DNA from: Chiloscyllium plagiosum
Lineage: Eukaryota
Assembly (NCBI RefSeq): GCF_004010195.1
Contig: NC_057718.1
Span: forward strand, 89,817,497 to 89,881,287
Direction: 5' to 3'
Length of the DNA: 63,791 bases
The notes under the pieces are model-generated. The model had not been told where the DNA came from, ran no database searches, and saw nothing but the letters and a program-made list of their open reading frames with translations. Each line of letters opens with the position of its first letter. Positions within the stretch are counted from its first letter, which is position 1. This document shows, piece by piece, positions 24,301-34,893 of the stretch. The position numbers and the translations under genes are program-made.

Positions 24301-27300
24301 CTCCATGTTTTTTTTAAAATGTAGGCCCAAAGGAGATGAATTGTGCAACAAGTCCTGGCATTTTGAAATCCAAAATGTAAAGGTGAGTACTTACCTTCAT
24401 TTACATTGGCATTTGTACAGTGGAGCCCTCTAAATGTTTACTCGGGCACGTTGCTGTTTATTTTGATGCAACGTGATGCACAAAATGAAATAACAAACTG
24501 GGGTTTATCCTTTTAAATGAAGTGCATTTAGTGTAACCTATATCACTTTCTCAGTACTTGGAGTTCTGATATCCGTAGGCAATCAGTACTAAGGCCCCCC
24601 CCCCCCAAATCTGCAGAATCGTTTTCTGCAGTTTCACATACCCTCAGTTTACCATGTCTGGAGCAAATTATAGGGAATGTTCCAGCACCAGGGACTGGGG
24701 GTTGCAGGGAAGGTATGTTTCCCTATGTAAATGAATGGGTTTGCTTCTATCCATGGTTCCAGGCTTCTGCAGTAAGTCCTGGAATGTAACCCCCAACTGG
24801 TACGGGGGGGGGGGACTACTGTGATCACTAGCATTTAATGTGTTAGAAATGGGAGAGTGAGATTGAAGTTTTAACATTTAAAGAACATTGTTTACTTTAA
24901 TTTTGTATGAAACTCAAGTGTTGGTGAGAAGTGACTTTGCTTTCACTGATGTTGCAGTTGTACAGTTAATTGTAGCCTGAATCTGAACTGGAAGGGAGAC
25001 TTAGTAACACAGAGGGCATGGTTGAGGTAATATTATTCTGTTTTCCTTCAAGACCTATTTGCTTTTTGCTGACTGGTGAAGGAACTACAAAACCTATCTC
25101 TCTTTCTAATGATCATCTGTAAGTGAAATTGCTCCTCAATGATGCTCAACCATGGTTTCAGAGTGTATCATTGTTCAGGATTGACCATTGTAAGAGCGAA
25201 GGGTGGCTTGGATTCCCTGAAATAAAACGGAAACTTTGTGACTGCCTCACTCTTGGCAGGAAGCCAGTTTCTCTGGAATTTTTGAGAGCACTCAGTAAAG
25301 TTGGTTTGTCTGGAAAGGATGGATGAGCAGCTACATTGTATGTACATGTAATGGGAGATTTGAAAACACAGATGGCTCAAAGATCATGAGCAGGAATTCT
25401 GTATTCCGTTGACATCAGGTCACTACAAATCAAAGGGAAATAAAGGTTAAACTAGGAACTGTTTACAGTATGTACATGGAGCAAAGCCTGTGAGTTACAT
25501 TGCGCTAAGAAGTACTTTGATCTATCTGTTGCCCTTTCCCATAAGCCCTCCTTCCCCCAAAGACATGTTTGACCAGTGAATGGCCATTTGACTGCCCCAG
25601 CTGCTGACCCTCATTGTCGCCACCTGCTGGTAGCAGTCTTGCTACAATTAGTTGGACTGGGTCTCCAGGGAGCAGAGTCCAAACTTTGCTCTGTGCACTG
25701 CCATTTACAGTGCCTTGAACCCAGGCAGCGGCGGTACTGATTGACTTTGACTTTGACTGGTGATGGAAGGCATATTTATGATTAAAGTCCATGTATATTT
25801 ATTCCATGTCTGAGTCGGATGCACTCCAGCTCTCACTTCACTTTGAGCCTGAAGAGTGATGGCTATGGACACAACTTCTAATGGTTCTCTTTTTCTGCAG
25901 GACATTTTACCTGAATTAAAACTCTGGTGGCCTGATGTGCTTCATCCCAACAGTACTCAGTTCTGGTATGTCTCTTTGTAAACCTTCCATTATTCAAGGC
26001 ACTTTCTGTTATTCACTGCCAATAGAAAAGTAGTCGCAAATGGACATTTAACACTGGCTTCTCTCAGTTGTCTTGCATTCTGTTCATGAGCACACAATCC
26101 AGTGACACTGCCGTGCAGTATCCAGTGAGTGCTGCACTGTCAGCGGTGCCAGCATCCCCACTAGCAACTGAATAACAACCTCTGTTCAGTTTGATTCTAA
26201 CCTATCCCTCAACAAACTGGGTTTTTTACACATCCCAAATGTAAAAGGAATTCAAGGGCTCGGAGCATCTGTGGTTCCAAGATTCCCGTGGTGCTTGTAT
26301 CACAAAGTCCCAGATAAGTGCCGCTGCAGAGTTCCTCAGATTCAAGCTACAAACCGAGGGCCCAGTCAATGTAATCTCAGTTTTATATTTGGACCACCAC
26401 TGCTACCCCCACCATCAGTCTGTGGGTGGACAAGCAGCCAGGTCTTCAACATCTGTGGACAGCCAGAAACTAAAATGTCCTCCACTGCTCGAATTGAAGA
26501 GGCCATGATTGTGATGAAGCCAAGAGATGTGTCTATCTTTCCCGACAGCTTGGAGTTTGTAACATATCCCATCATCCTAATTTGGAGTTGAGCTAGCTAC
26601 CCGGCATGAAAAGGGAAAGGAGCTGAGAATAACTTTGGAGAATCCAGCGCCAACCTGAGGAAATGAGTGAGCTTTAATCAAGGAGGGAGATTTTGAGTCA
26701 TGTTGTCTGGGAGATATTCCCTGTAGCAGCAGTTGCCTGTTGAAATGGTGTTTAGTCAATGCTGCTTTTAGCCATAGAGAATGGAAACAGACCCCGTGGT
26801 CCAACCAGTGCACGTAGACCATGATCCCAAACTAAACTAGTCCCACTTGCCTGCATTTGGTCCATATCTCTCCAAAAATGTCTTGTTCATATACTTACAA
26901 CATTTAAAAGACATTTCGGTAACTGTACCCACATCTACCATTTCCTCTGGAAGTTCATTCCTTACATCAACCACTCTATGTAAAAAAAAAAACAAAGCCC
27001 CTCCTCTTTCTTAAATCTTTCTCCTCTTAACATAAAAATATGTCCCTTAGTCTTGAAATCACCCACTCTAGGGAAAAGACACCTGCCATTCACCTTATCC
27101 ATGCCCCTCGTGATTTTATAAACGTCTATCAGGTCACCCCTCAACCTCCTACGCTCCAGTGAAAAAAAAAAGGTCCCAGCCTCTCCCTTTTCCTCAAACC
27201 CTCCATTTCTGACAACATTCCGGTAAATCGTCTATCAGGTCACCCCTCAACCTCCTACGCTCCAGTGAAAAAAAAATGTCCCAGCCTCTCCCTTTTCCTC

Positions 27301-30300
27301 AAACCCTCCATTTCTGACAACATTCCGGTAAATCTTTTCTGAACCCCCTCCAGCTTTAATAATATCCTTCCTGTAACCGGGTGATCAGAACAGATGTTTG
27401 TTATGGCAGAAGTTTAAAAGTTTAAATCCTGGTTCATGTGATCCTTTCACCCAGTTGCTGCAAGTTCAAATTTTGTTTAAAAAGTTACAGATTTCTACAG
27501 GGTTTGTGACACATTTTACTTCGTCTTTGAATGCCAAACTAATTCCCTTTTTTTCAAAAGGGTTCCCGGCTGCAACAGCATGAGGAAATGATGGTCTAGT
27601 GGTAATATCTACTGGATCAGCTAATGTTCTGGTGACCTCGGTCTAAATCCTACCCTAGAAGATGGTGGAATTTAAATTATATTCATTTTTAATTAAAAAA
27701 AGAAGAAACTGGAATGGATAGCTCTCCTCTGTGATGGTGGCCATGAAACTATCATTAATTTGTCATTTAAAATACATCATCATTCATCATGTCCTGAAAT
27801 CTGCCACCCTCAGCTGGTCTGGTCTACATGTGAGCCTGCCCTGTGAAATGGCTGAGCAAGGGTAATTGGAGATGGATGAAGGGGGACAGTTAGTAAGTTT
27901 GCGGATGACACCAAAATTGGAGGTGTAGTGGACAGCGAAGAGTTACCTCCGATTACAACGGGATCTGGACCAGATGGACCAATGGGCTGAGAAGTGGCAG
28001 ATGGTGTTTAATTCAGATAAATGCGAGGTGCTTCATTTTGAGAAAGCAAATCTTAGCAGGACTTATACACTTAATGGTAAGGTCCTAGGGAGTGTTGCTG
28101 AACAAAGAGACCTTGGAGTGCAGGTTCATAGCTCCTTGAAAGTGGAGTCACAGGTAGCTAGGATAGTGAGGAAGGTTTTTGGTATGCTTTCCTTCATTGG
28201 TCAGAGTATTGAGTACAGGAGTTGGGAGGTCATGTTGCGGCTGTACAGGACATTGGTTAGACCACTGTTGGAATATTGCGTGCAATTCTGGTTGCTTTCT
28301 TATCGGAAAGATGTTGTGAAACTTGAAAGAGTTCAGAAAAGATTGACAAGGATGTTGCCAGAGTTGGAGAATCTGAGCTACAGGCTAGGGCTGTTTTCCC
28401 TGGAGCGACGGAGGCTGAGGGTGACCTTATAGAAGTTTACAGAATTATGAGGGGCATGGATAGGATAAATAGGCAAGTCTTTTCCCTGGGATCGGGGAGT
28501 CCAGAACTAGAGGGCATAGGTTTAGGGTGAGAGGGGAAAGATATAAAAGAGACCTAAGGGGCAACCTTTTCACGCAGAGGATGGTACATGTATGGAATGA
28601 GCTGCCAGAGGATGTGATTAGATTAGATTACTTTACAGTGTGGAAACAGGCCCTTCGGCCCAACAAGTCCACACCGACCCGCCGAAGCGCAACCCACCCA
28701 TACCCCTACATTTACCCCTTACCTAACACTACGGACAATTTAACATGGCCAATTCACCTGACCTGCACATCTTTGGACTGTGGGAGGAAACCGGAGCACC
28801 CGGAGGAAACCCACGCAGACACGGGGAGAATGTGCAAACTCCACACAGTCAGTCGCCTGAGGCGGGAATTGAACCCGGGTCTCTGGCGCTGCGATGCAGC
28901 AGTGCTAACCACTGTGCCACCGTGCCGCCCGTGTGGTGGAGGCTGGTACAATTGCAACATTTTAAGAGGCATTTAGATGGGAAGATGAATAGGAAGAGTT
29001 TGGAGGGATATGGGCCGGATGCTGGCAGGTGGGACTAGATTGGGTTGGGATATCTGGTTGGCATGGACGGGTTGGACCGAAGGGTCTGTTTCAATGGTGT
29101 ACATCTCTGACTCTGACTCTATAAGTGCTGGTCTCGCCAGCGATGTGCCCACATCTCCTGAGAAACAAAGTGTCTGGGGGAGAGAATCCCACATTCTAAC
29201 CTCTGATCCCATTCGCAATCATATGAAATTTGCACTCTCCTCCCACCCCAAAGAAAAATCCACTGTCTCGAGGTCACAGGACTGCTTACCTTTCCTAATC
29301 GTTAGCTCTTCCGTTCAGTCTTCCCTTTTCCTCACTGCCACAAAAAAGACAGAACCTTCATTTATTGTAAACTCCTGTAGCTCCCTCTGATTACAGTGCT
29401 AATATCCTTTGTCACTATGTTCGTCCGGGCTGTGGTTTCATATTGGTGGGTGGCCCAGAGTCAGGGAAGCATGCTGAAGAATTCAGGGTCTTCCTGGATG
29501 TGTCTGCATGATTTGACCAGCTCTGACAAAGCAGAGGAAATAGAAACATGCCCAAAGACAATGAAAATGGGTTGGTCTTGCCCCAACTTGGGCGTTGCCC
29601 TTCAGGTGCTACTGATCCCTGTTGTTCTGGAAATGTCCTGAAGTTGTTCCCTCATGCTGAATGACAACTGAGATTTAATGCTTTTCCTAACTTCAGTTAA
29701 CACATGGATTGTGGGTCCTCCTTTGAGAATATTTTGTAATAGCAGGCATCTAACCGAGAGATCCTCTTAAATATCTCCTTCTACATCTATAGTGGTCTAT
29801 CCATTCATCTAGTATGCTGGTTCATTACAGTAAGTTCAGATTTTATACAGACATAATTGTCCTTATTTAAGTTTAAAGCACTAATCTCAGACCCTTTTTT
29901 TTTTCTCTTTTGAACTGAATGTAAAAGTCAGTGACATTGAGGGTTCACTGCTACCCAGAGTACATTTATACTGTCATCATTAATTCATCTTATTACCTGG
30001 CAGTCTGATATAGCATGCAGTTTGTTTGGCTGTATCCCACCAGGCCAGTAAAGAGAAAGGGGGCATTACACTGCTGTGGACTCAGTAGGTGTTATTGGCT
30101 CGAGTTTCTGTCTCTGTTACTATTACAACAGCCATGGCTGTCCAACTGAGAGAGAATTGAGTTTGCAAACAACGAATTTTTAGAATTGTAATCCCTACAA
30201 TGTGGAAAATGGCCACTCAGCCCAACACGTTCACACCGACCCTCCAGAAGAGTAACCCACCCAGACCCATGTCCCTAAATTGAGGCCTGACTCATGCACC

Positions 30301-33300
30301 TAATCTGCACATCCCTGAACACTATGGGGCAATTTAGCATGGCCAATTCGCCTAACCTACACATCTCTGGATTGTGCGAGGAAACTAATGCAAACTCAAC
30401 ACAGTCGGCCAAGGCTGGAATCAAACCTGGGTCCCTGCTGCTGTGAGGCAGCCGTGCTAACCACTGAGCCACCATGCTGCTCCTTGATGTAGCCATTACT
30501 GTTCAGGCTCACATATGGAGGAGGTCCTCTGGGCTTGGTGACTTACTGCTTGCATTTACACAGCACCTTTTAACTCAAAAATAAAATCCCAAGGCGCTCC
30601 TTAGAACTTTACTCAGACGTGGGTACCAAGATGGAGGAGGAGATTTTATGAAAGGGACCCAGATTTCTGGTCAAAAGGGGTTCAGATTTAAGGAAGGCCT
30701 TGAAAGAAGAGAGGTAGCTGTAGAGTCAGATCTTGGCACAGGCTGAATGTGTCAGAGTGTGGCACTGGAAAAGTACAGCAGGTCAGGCAGCATCCAAAGA
30801 GTAGGAGAATCGACATTTCAGACATAAGCCCATCATTAGGAAACATCGATTCTCCTGCTTCTCGGATGCTGCCTGGCTGGCTGTGCTTTTCCAGCATCAC
30901 ACTTTGCAACACTGATCTCCAGCATCTGCAGTCCTCATTTTCTCCTCCAAGCTGGTAAAGCAATGTTGGAAGAGTAAGAAAAACTGTCAGCAACATAGAG
31001 TGTAACCTGGCCTGTAAAGATGGAGATAGGCTGCTCCCATTAACCACATCCACCTCTCTGCACAGGAAACACGAGTGGGCGAAACATGGAACCTGCGCAG
31101 CTACATTGCAATCCTTGAACACCCAGGAGAAGTACTTCAGCAAAACACTGGACCTGTTCCATAAAACCGACCTGAACAGGTAACCCCCACTTTAAATCGA
31201 TTTCAGGCTCTTAGCCAAACCCTTGCAAATGCTTTTAAAGCAGACCCGAGTGGAATTTTCTGTGTTTTTTTTTTTAACCAATCTTTCGACCTTTCCAAAG
31301 CCAAGGGAAAAATCCCCAAGAGGTTTCAATGTATAAAATGGGAGCGTTAGGAGTCCATTTGGCCCCTCAGGCCTGCTGTGCCATTCTTTGTGTATACAAT
31401 TCCACGTTAACATGTACTCTTGATAACCTTTTGATTCTTTTTGCCGAACGACAATTTATCCATTTCTGCCTTGGAATGATTTAATAATCCTGGTTCCACC
31501 ACTTCCTGAGGCAGGGGGTACCAAAGCAACATATTTGTTCATTTCATCCGCCATTAACTCTCCATTTTCACTCTCTAGAGGATCAACACTTTTTTTTGTT
31601 CTTTTCAAATACCCACAGAAACTCTTGCTAGCTAGCTGACTGTCATACATTTTCATATATAGACAGTTCTTTCTGATGGTTAACTTTTTGGTCATTCCTT
31701 ATATTCTTACCAATCATCTGACCTGCCACTCATCATTGCACAGTTTTATGCTTTTTACTTCAGTTTGATGCTTTCCCTAACTACTGCAGCTAACCATGGA
31801 TTGTGGGTCCTCCTCTGAGAATATTTTGTAATGGCAGGTATATGCACACAATCTGAGAGATCTCCTTAAATATCTCTCTCTACATCTGCATTAGTCTATC
31901 CATTAACCTGGTTCATTACAGTAAGTTCAGCTTTCATACTGAAATGGTTGCCCTTAGTTAACATTAGTCTCAGACCCATTTTCCCCCTTTCCAACCAATG
32001 TGAATTTCAATGGCATTGAGTTCACTGCTACCTTGGGATGCCTTTACACTGTAGTCATTAATTAATCCTATTTCATCAGACAATATACAGTGTCATAGCA
32101 TGCAATACGGTTGGTTCCAGAGCGTGCTACTCTAATAAACTATCTCAAAGACTTTCTATGAGCCCCTTCAGCTACTGATACTGCCTAGGTGTGTTTTGTC
32201 TCATTTGTTGGTTTGTATATTAAAATCCCACCCAAGATTATTGCCATGACTACAGTAGAAGCATTCAATATCTTGTATACTTTATTTTTTATATTCTTGT
32301 ATTCTTTGTCCCACATTGGGGTTACCATTAGGGGCCAGTCAGTTGTTCCCAAGAGTATCTAAGAGCTCTCATGAGCTGTAGCCTTGATGCACAGTCCCCA
32401 TTATCTGCTGATCCACATACCACGAGGTTGGTCCCCGATCCCATTCCATTTTTCCCATTGTCTCGTCCAGTCTGCCTCGGTAAACCGATTGTAGCCCTCT
32501 GCTGCACAGAGGATTAGTACTGCTTTTTTTTTAATGCATAGGAAGTCCATGCCACGATCCCTCGCAGATAATGAAGACTGTGTACCTGTTCTGTAATACA
32601 TATTTATCTTTTAATTATTTTTTAACTGTGCCACCAATTTGTGTACTGTGCTGAAACTTCAGAATCGAATAGATCTTAACCATTTGCAAGATACTCACTG
32701 ACCACCTACCTCCTTTCCTTGTTCCACACCAAGAACCAAATGGTACAGCACAGGCAGCGTTGCAAAGCAAAAGAGAACAAACTCGCACCTCCTTTTCACA
32801 CCCTCTTCACCAAACTTCCCATTCCCCAAGCTCTCAATATAATTTCCTCAACTGCATTTGTTTGCCTCCTTGTATAAGCGGCTCTGTTCATATTTAAGTA
32901 CTTGAATGCATGCTCGTTGCCACAAGAACTCCAATCTCTCCCGTCCACTCACTTCCCAGTCACCTTTATCTCTCCCCCCCCTTCCACCTGCCTTTGAGCA
33001 TGTGAAACTGTAACTTAAAAAAGAACTCCATTTGCTCAGTCCTTCCACAGTGATGAGAATAAGCCTGATATCCATTGCCGTCCCGATTATATGCAGCAGA
33101 ACCTTTTGGCTATTTATTGTAATGCAAAGATTTATTTACTAACCTTTGACCATTTGTTTTATTCAGTGTTTTTAAAAAGTTTAATATTCTCCCTTCGTCC
33201 AACTATTATACGGTAAGGACTTATTGGTGTTTGTCCTTTTTCACTCCCTTGCTTTTCTGCTGAGTTACACAGTTGGCTGTACTTCTAACTATAATATTCT

Positions 33301-34053
33301 CACATTTAGCTGGAGGTCATTGAAAGTGCACTCGTGTCAGTCTATGGGGTTATGCCGAAAATTCAGTGCCTTAAGGTAATTTACGCTTTTTATTATTGGC
33401 GTGAATAGTTCAGATCAAAACCCGGTTTCAGGTAAACTAAGTTACACTGAGGTCTTGATCTTATTTCAATTTCATTTCTCAGTTTTTCTTTCATATTTTA
33501 TATTTCTTGTCTAGCCAGCCTCACTGTAGATTGATGCAATGTAAGAACTGACTGTGTTGAGTGATTACGTGTTGTATGTGTTGAATGGTGGATTGTTACA
33601 CTGTTAGGATTGCAAGGAATTATTTAGTGTCTGCGTCAAGTTTTAATCTCCTCAAATCTGGGAATTAGGGTTAAAGAGTGATTTACAAGTCATAGATTTA
33701 ACTCTGCAATTGCTTGCCCATCCAGTTGTAAAGGCTTTTGCTTGATTGATTGATTGTAATTTTGTTTTAAGTGCACTCAGATATATTTTGTTGTTTTCAT
33801 TTCAAACTCAATTGTATCTTTTGTTGTTGTTGTTTCCTCCAATTCCCCCCCCCAGCCAGAGGGAAGATCAGCTCAAATCCTGGGTCAGATTGAACTGTGT
33901 TTCACCAAAGACTTCGACCTGCTGAACTGCACACACGATGTATTCAGCACCCACACTACTGAGAATGACAGACAGTGTGCTAACTATTTAGGTTTATCAG
34001 TGTGTGACCCACAAGAGCAAATCTATTACCCTCCAATTGAGCATCTGTATTGA
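15238..34053 (+). CDS. RNASET2: Ribonuclease T2 family gene, complete spliced CDS (9 coding exons, 771 nt, 256 aa)
   Basis: Nine GT-AG exons join in phase into one open frame: signal peptide, HHWPQTVC, CAS I WTVHGLWP, CAS II WKHEWAKHGTCAA, PKIQC, GQIELC, C-terminal VCD...YYPP. Family assignment is secure; 1:1 orthology to human RNASET2 versus a paralog is untested. Confidence 0.93.
15784..16130 (+). mobile_element. tRNA-derived SINE, second family; other copies at 18855-19135, 27583-27880 and 53778-54120
   Basis: A-box-like TAGCCTAGTGG and B-box-like GGTTTGAATCC, conserved body, tail CAATTAGGGATGGGCA...ATGCCGG. Confidence 0.8.
17035..17365 (+). mobile_element. LINE 3' end (CR1/L2 group) sharing its tail with the second SINE family
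   Basis: ACCATCTACAAGATGCA...TGGAACTCCTTCCTTAATGGCATTGTG...TTCTCAAGG..CTAGGG..ATGGATAATAAATGATGG. Confidence 0.6.
18281..18341 (+). CDS. RNASET2: RNase T2 coding exon 2 (CKNHQWHSLSLSHHWPQTVCL)
   Basis: Acceptor TTCTCTTGTAG, donor GTGAGT, 61 nt, conserved HWPxTVC. Confidence 0.95.
20168..21277 (+). mobile_element. Possible solo LTR (TGTGAC...ATAACA) interrupted by a CR1 fragment
   Basis: TG...CA ends and an internal AATAAA at 21129; similar ends at ~6449 and ~48620. No TSD found. Confidence 0.35.
20675..21124 (-). mobile_element. CR1 LINE 3' fragment
   Basis: Same 3' sequence as 3395-3850 (GTACAGCACAGAAACAGACCCTT...). Confidence 0.88.
21597..21739. mobile_element. Fold-back PLE-derived element (family B), internally deleted
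   Basis: GGAAAAAGCCCAGCCGGTCAGGCAGCATC...AACGTTTCGAGCATAAGCTCTTCACCAGGAATG/CATTCCTGATGAAG plus the family tail. Confidence 0.72.
22060..22121 (+). CDS. RNASET2: RNase T2 coding exon 3 (MESETCKVPQNIDYWTVHGLW), CAS I
   Basis: Long polypyrimidine acceptor, donor GTGAGC, catalytic His motif. Confidence 0.97.
22200..22720 (-). mobile_element. Deu-domain SINE remnant, split by a fold-back PLE insertion
   Basis: CCAAAGCACTCCACAGCCA...GTCACTGTTG...CAGCAAGATCCCACACACAGCAA...AATCTGTTT is the reverse of the recalled Deu-SINE 3' region. Similar relics at ~26085-26210, 51140-51400 and 52320-52420. Confidence 0.6.
22239..22469. mobile_element. Fold-back PLE-derived element with a 9-bp TSD
   Basis: TSD TGAAATCTG at 22230-22238 and 22470-22478. 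Inverted arms each carry a TGAAGAAGGGT...ACCC hammerhead relic. Confidence 0.78.
23297..23645 (-). mobile_element. CR1 LINE 3' fragment
   Basis: Minus-strand RDLRGNFFTQSMVRVWNELPEEVVEAGTITAFKRHLD, the CR1 ORF2 C-terminus. Confidence 0.9.
23940..24036. other. (CT)n microsatellite, assembly gap (N 23965-24026) and poly-C
   Basis: Seen directly. Confidence 0.95.
24325..24382 (+). CDS. RNASET2: RNase T2 coding exon 4 (PKGDELCNKSWHFEIQNVK)
   Basis: AG/GT boundaries, 58 nt, completes WTVHGLW-P, conserved CNxSW. Confidence 0.95.
25901..25965 (+). CDS. RNASET2: RNase T2 coding exon 5 (DILPELKLWWPDVLHPNSTQFW)
   Basis: Acceptor TTTTCTGCAG, donor GTATGT, conserved WPDV. Confidence 0.95.
26770..27395 (-). 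mobile_element. CR1 LINE 3' fragment with an internal ~105-bp tandem duplication
   Basis: Minus-strand RGDLIDVYKITRGMDKV; 27123-27228 is repeated at 27229-27333. Confidence 0.85.
27885..29120 (+). mobile_element. CR1 (HER1-type) LINE, 5'-truncated, RT C-terminus
   Basis: KFADDTK (27895), WAEKWQMVFNSDKCEVLHF, LYRTLVRPLLEYCVQFW, tail CTCTGACTCTGACTCTA. Frameshifted. Confidence 0.95.
28617..28930 (-). mobile_element. HE1/V-SINE, full length, inserted in CR1
   Basis: Complete head, V-domain and (GATTA)n tail; near-identical to 12209-12503. Confidence 0.93.
30185..30480 (-). mobile_element. HE1/V-SINE (diverged)
   Basis: GTGCTAACCACTGAGCCACCATGC head and GGCAATTTAGCATGGCCAATTC body on +. Confidence 0.85.
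30754..30946. mobile_element. Fold-back PLE-derived element (family B)
   Basis: Inverted arms GTGTGGCACTGGAAAAGTACAGCAGGTCAGGCAGCATCC / GGATGCTGCCTGGCTGGCTGTGCTTTTCCAGCATCACAC, plus the family tail. Confidence 0.78.
31066..31179 (+). CDS. RNASET2: RNase T2 coding exon 6 (WKHEWAKHGTCAATLQSLNTQEKYFSKTLDLFHKTDLNS), CAS II
   Basis: 114 nt, phase 2-2, intact H-E-x-x-K-H-G-T-C catalytic motif. Confidence 0.98.
33167..33212 (+). CDS. RNASET2: RNase T2 coding exon 7 (SVFKKFNILPSSNYYT)
   Basis: Branch-point-like ACTAAC, acceptor TTTTATTCAG, donor GTAAGG, 46 nt. Confidence 0.93.
33310..33375 (+). CDS. RNASET2: RNase T2 coding exon 8 (LEVIESALVSVYGVMPKIQCLK)
   Basis: 97-nt intron from exon 7; conserved YGVxPKIQC. 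Confidence 0.95.
33856..34053 (+). CDS. RNASET2: RNase T2 last coding exon (PEGRSAQILGQIELCFTKDFDLLNCT...SVCDPQEQIYYPPIEHLY*)
   Basis: Conserved GQIELC, NCT and VC...YPP; stop TGA at 34051-34053. Confidence 0.95.
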   Translation, partial: PEGRSAQILGQIELCFTKDFDLLNCTHDVFSTHTTENDRQCANYLGLSVCDPQEQIYYPPIEHLY

Positions 34054-34605
34054 GTGTGAGAGTTTACTGCTAGTGGTTTCTGTTCAGCAGGTTCACTGGA
34101 CTGGACAGTACAGCACATTGACTTCTTTGGTATCAGATACAATGCAGCTGTCAGTTTGAGTACAGTGTCAAATTTTAATATCAAGAAACCATGCTAGCAT
34201 TGCATGATGGGTCAGTCAGTTTTTCCAAAAGGCAAATTAATGTCACCAACATGAATTTCTATTTTTTTTATGACTTTAGCCATTTCCAAAATCATTTGCA
34301 TTTGTACCAGCACCACTTTTCATTTGGCGTGGAATTATTTAAAACAAATGATTTTAAAACTGGTTTTCAAAGCTCAGACCTGCATTCCTGCCAAGTTAAG
34401 CTATAAGCTGGCCTTATCATTCTAGTTGATTTAAACTATGTATTCAGTAGTCACCAGTTTATTTTATGACATTTGGTGTTGAACTAGCAATACCTAATTG
34501 TGGTGCTGATCCTTAGGGGCAGGAAACCAAAGTCATTGATCTATCATGTAAAGGACAAGGAATGCATAGATCTTAAAGCTTTAGTCATTTCTTCATGCCG
34601 ATTTT

Positions 34606-34893
34606 TAGATTAGATTCCCTACAGTGTAGAAACAGGCCCTTCGGCCACACCGACCCTCCGAAGAGTAACCCCCCCCGACTAATGCTCCTAACTATGGGCA
34701 ATTTAGCATGGCCAGTTCACCTGACCTGCATAGCTTTGGACTGTGGGAGGAAAACAGAGCACCCGGAGGAAACTCACGCAGACACGGGGAGAATGTGCAA
34801 ACTCCACACAGACAGTCGCCCGAGGCTGGAATCGAAGCTGGGACCCTGGTGCTGTGAGGCAGCAGTGCTAACCACTGAGCCACCGTGCTGCCC
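34606..34893 (-). mobile_element. HE1/V-SINE in the probable RNase T2 3' UTR
   Basis: Head, V-domain and (GATTA)n tail recognisable. Confidence 0.9.

Noticed and set aside
27974..28432. 152-aa ORF as a host gene
   Set aside because: It is the frameshifted C-terminus of CR1 ORF2 in a 5'-truncated LINE.
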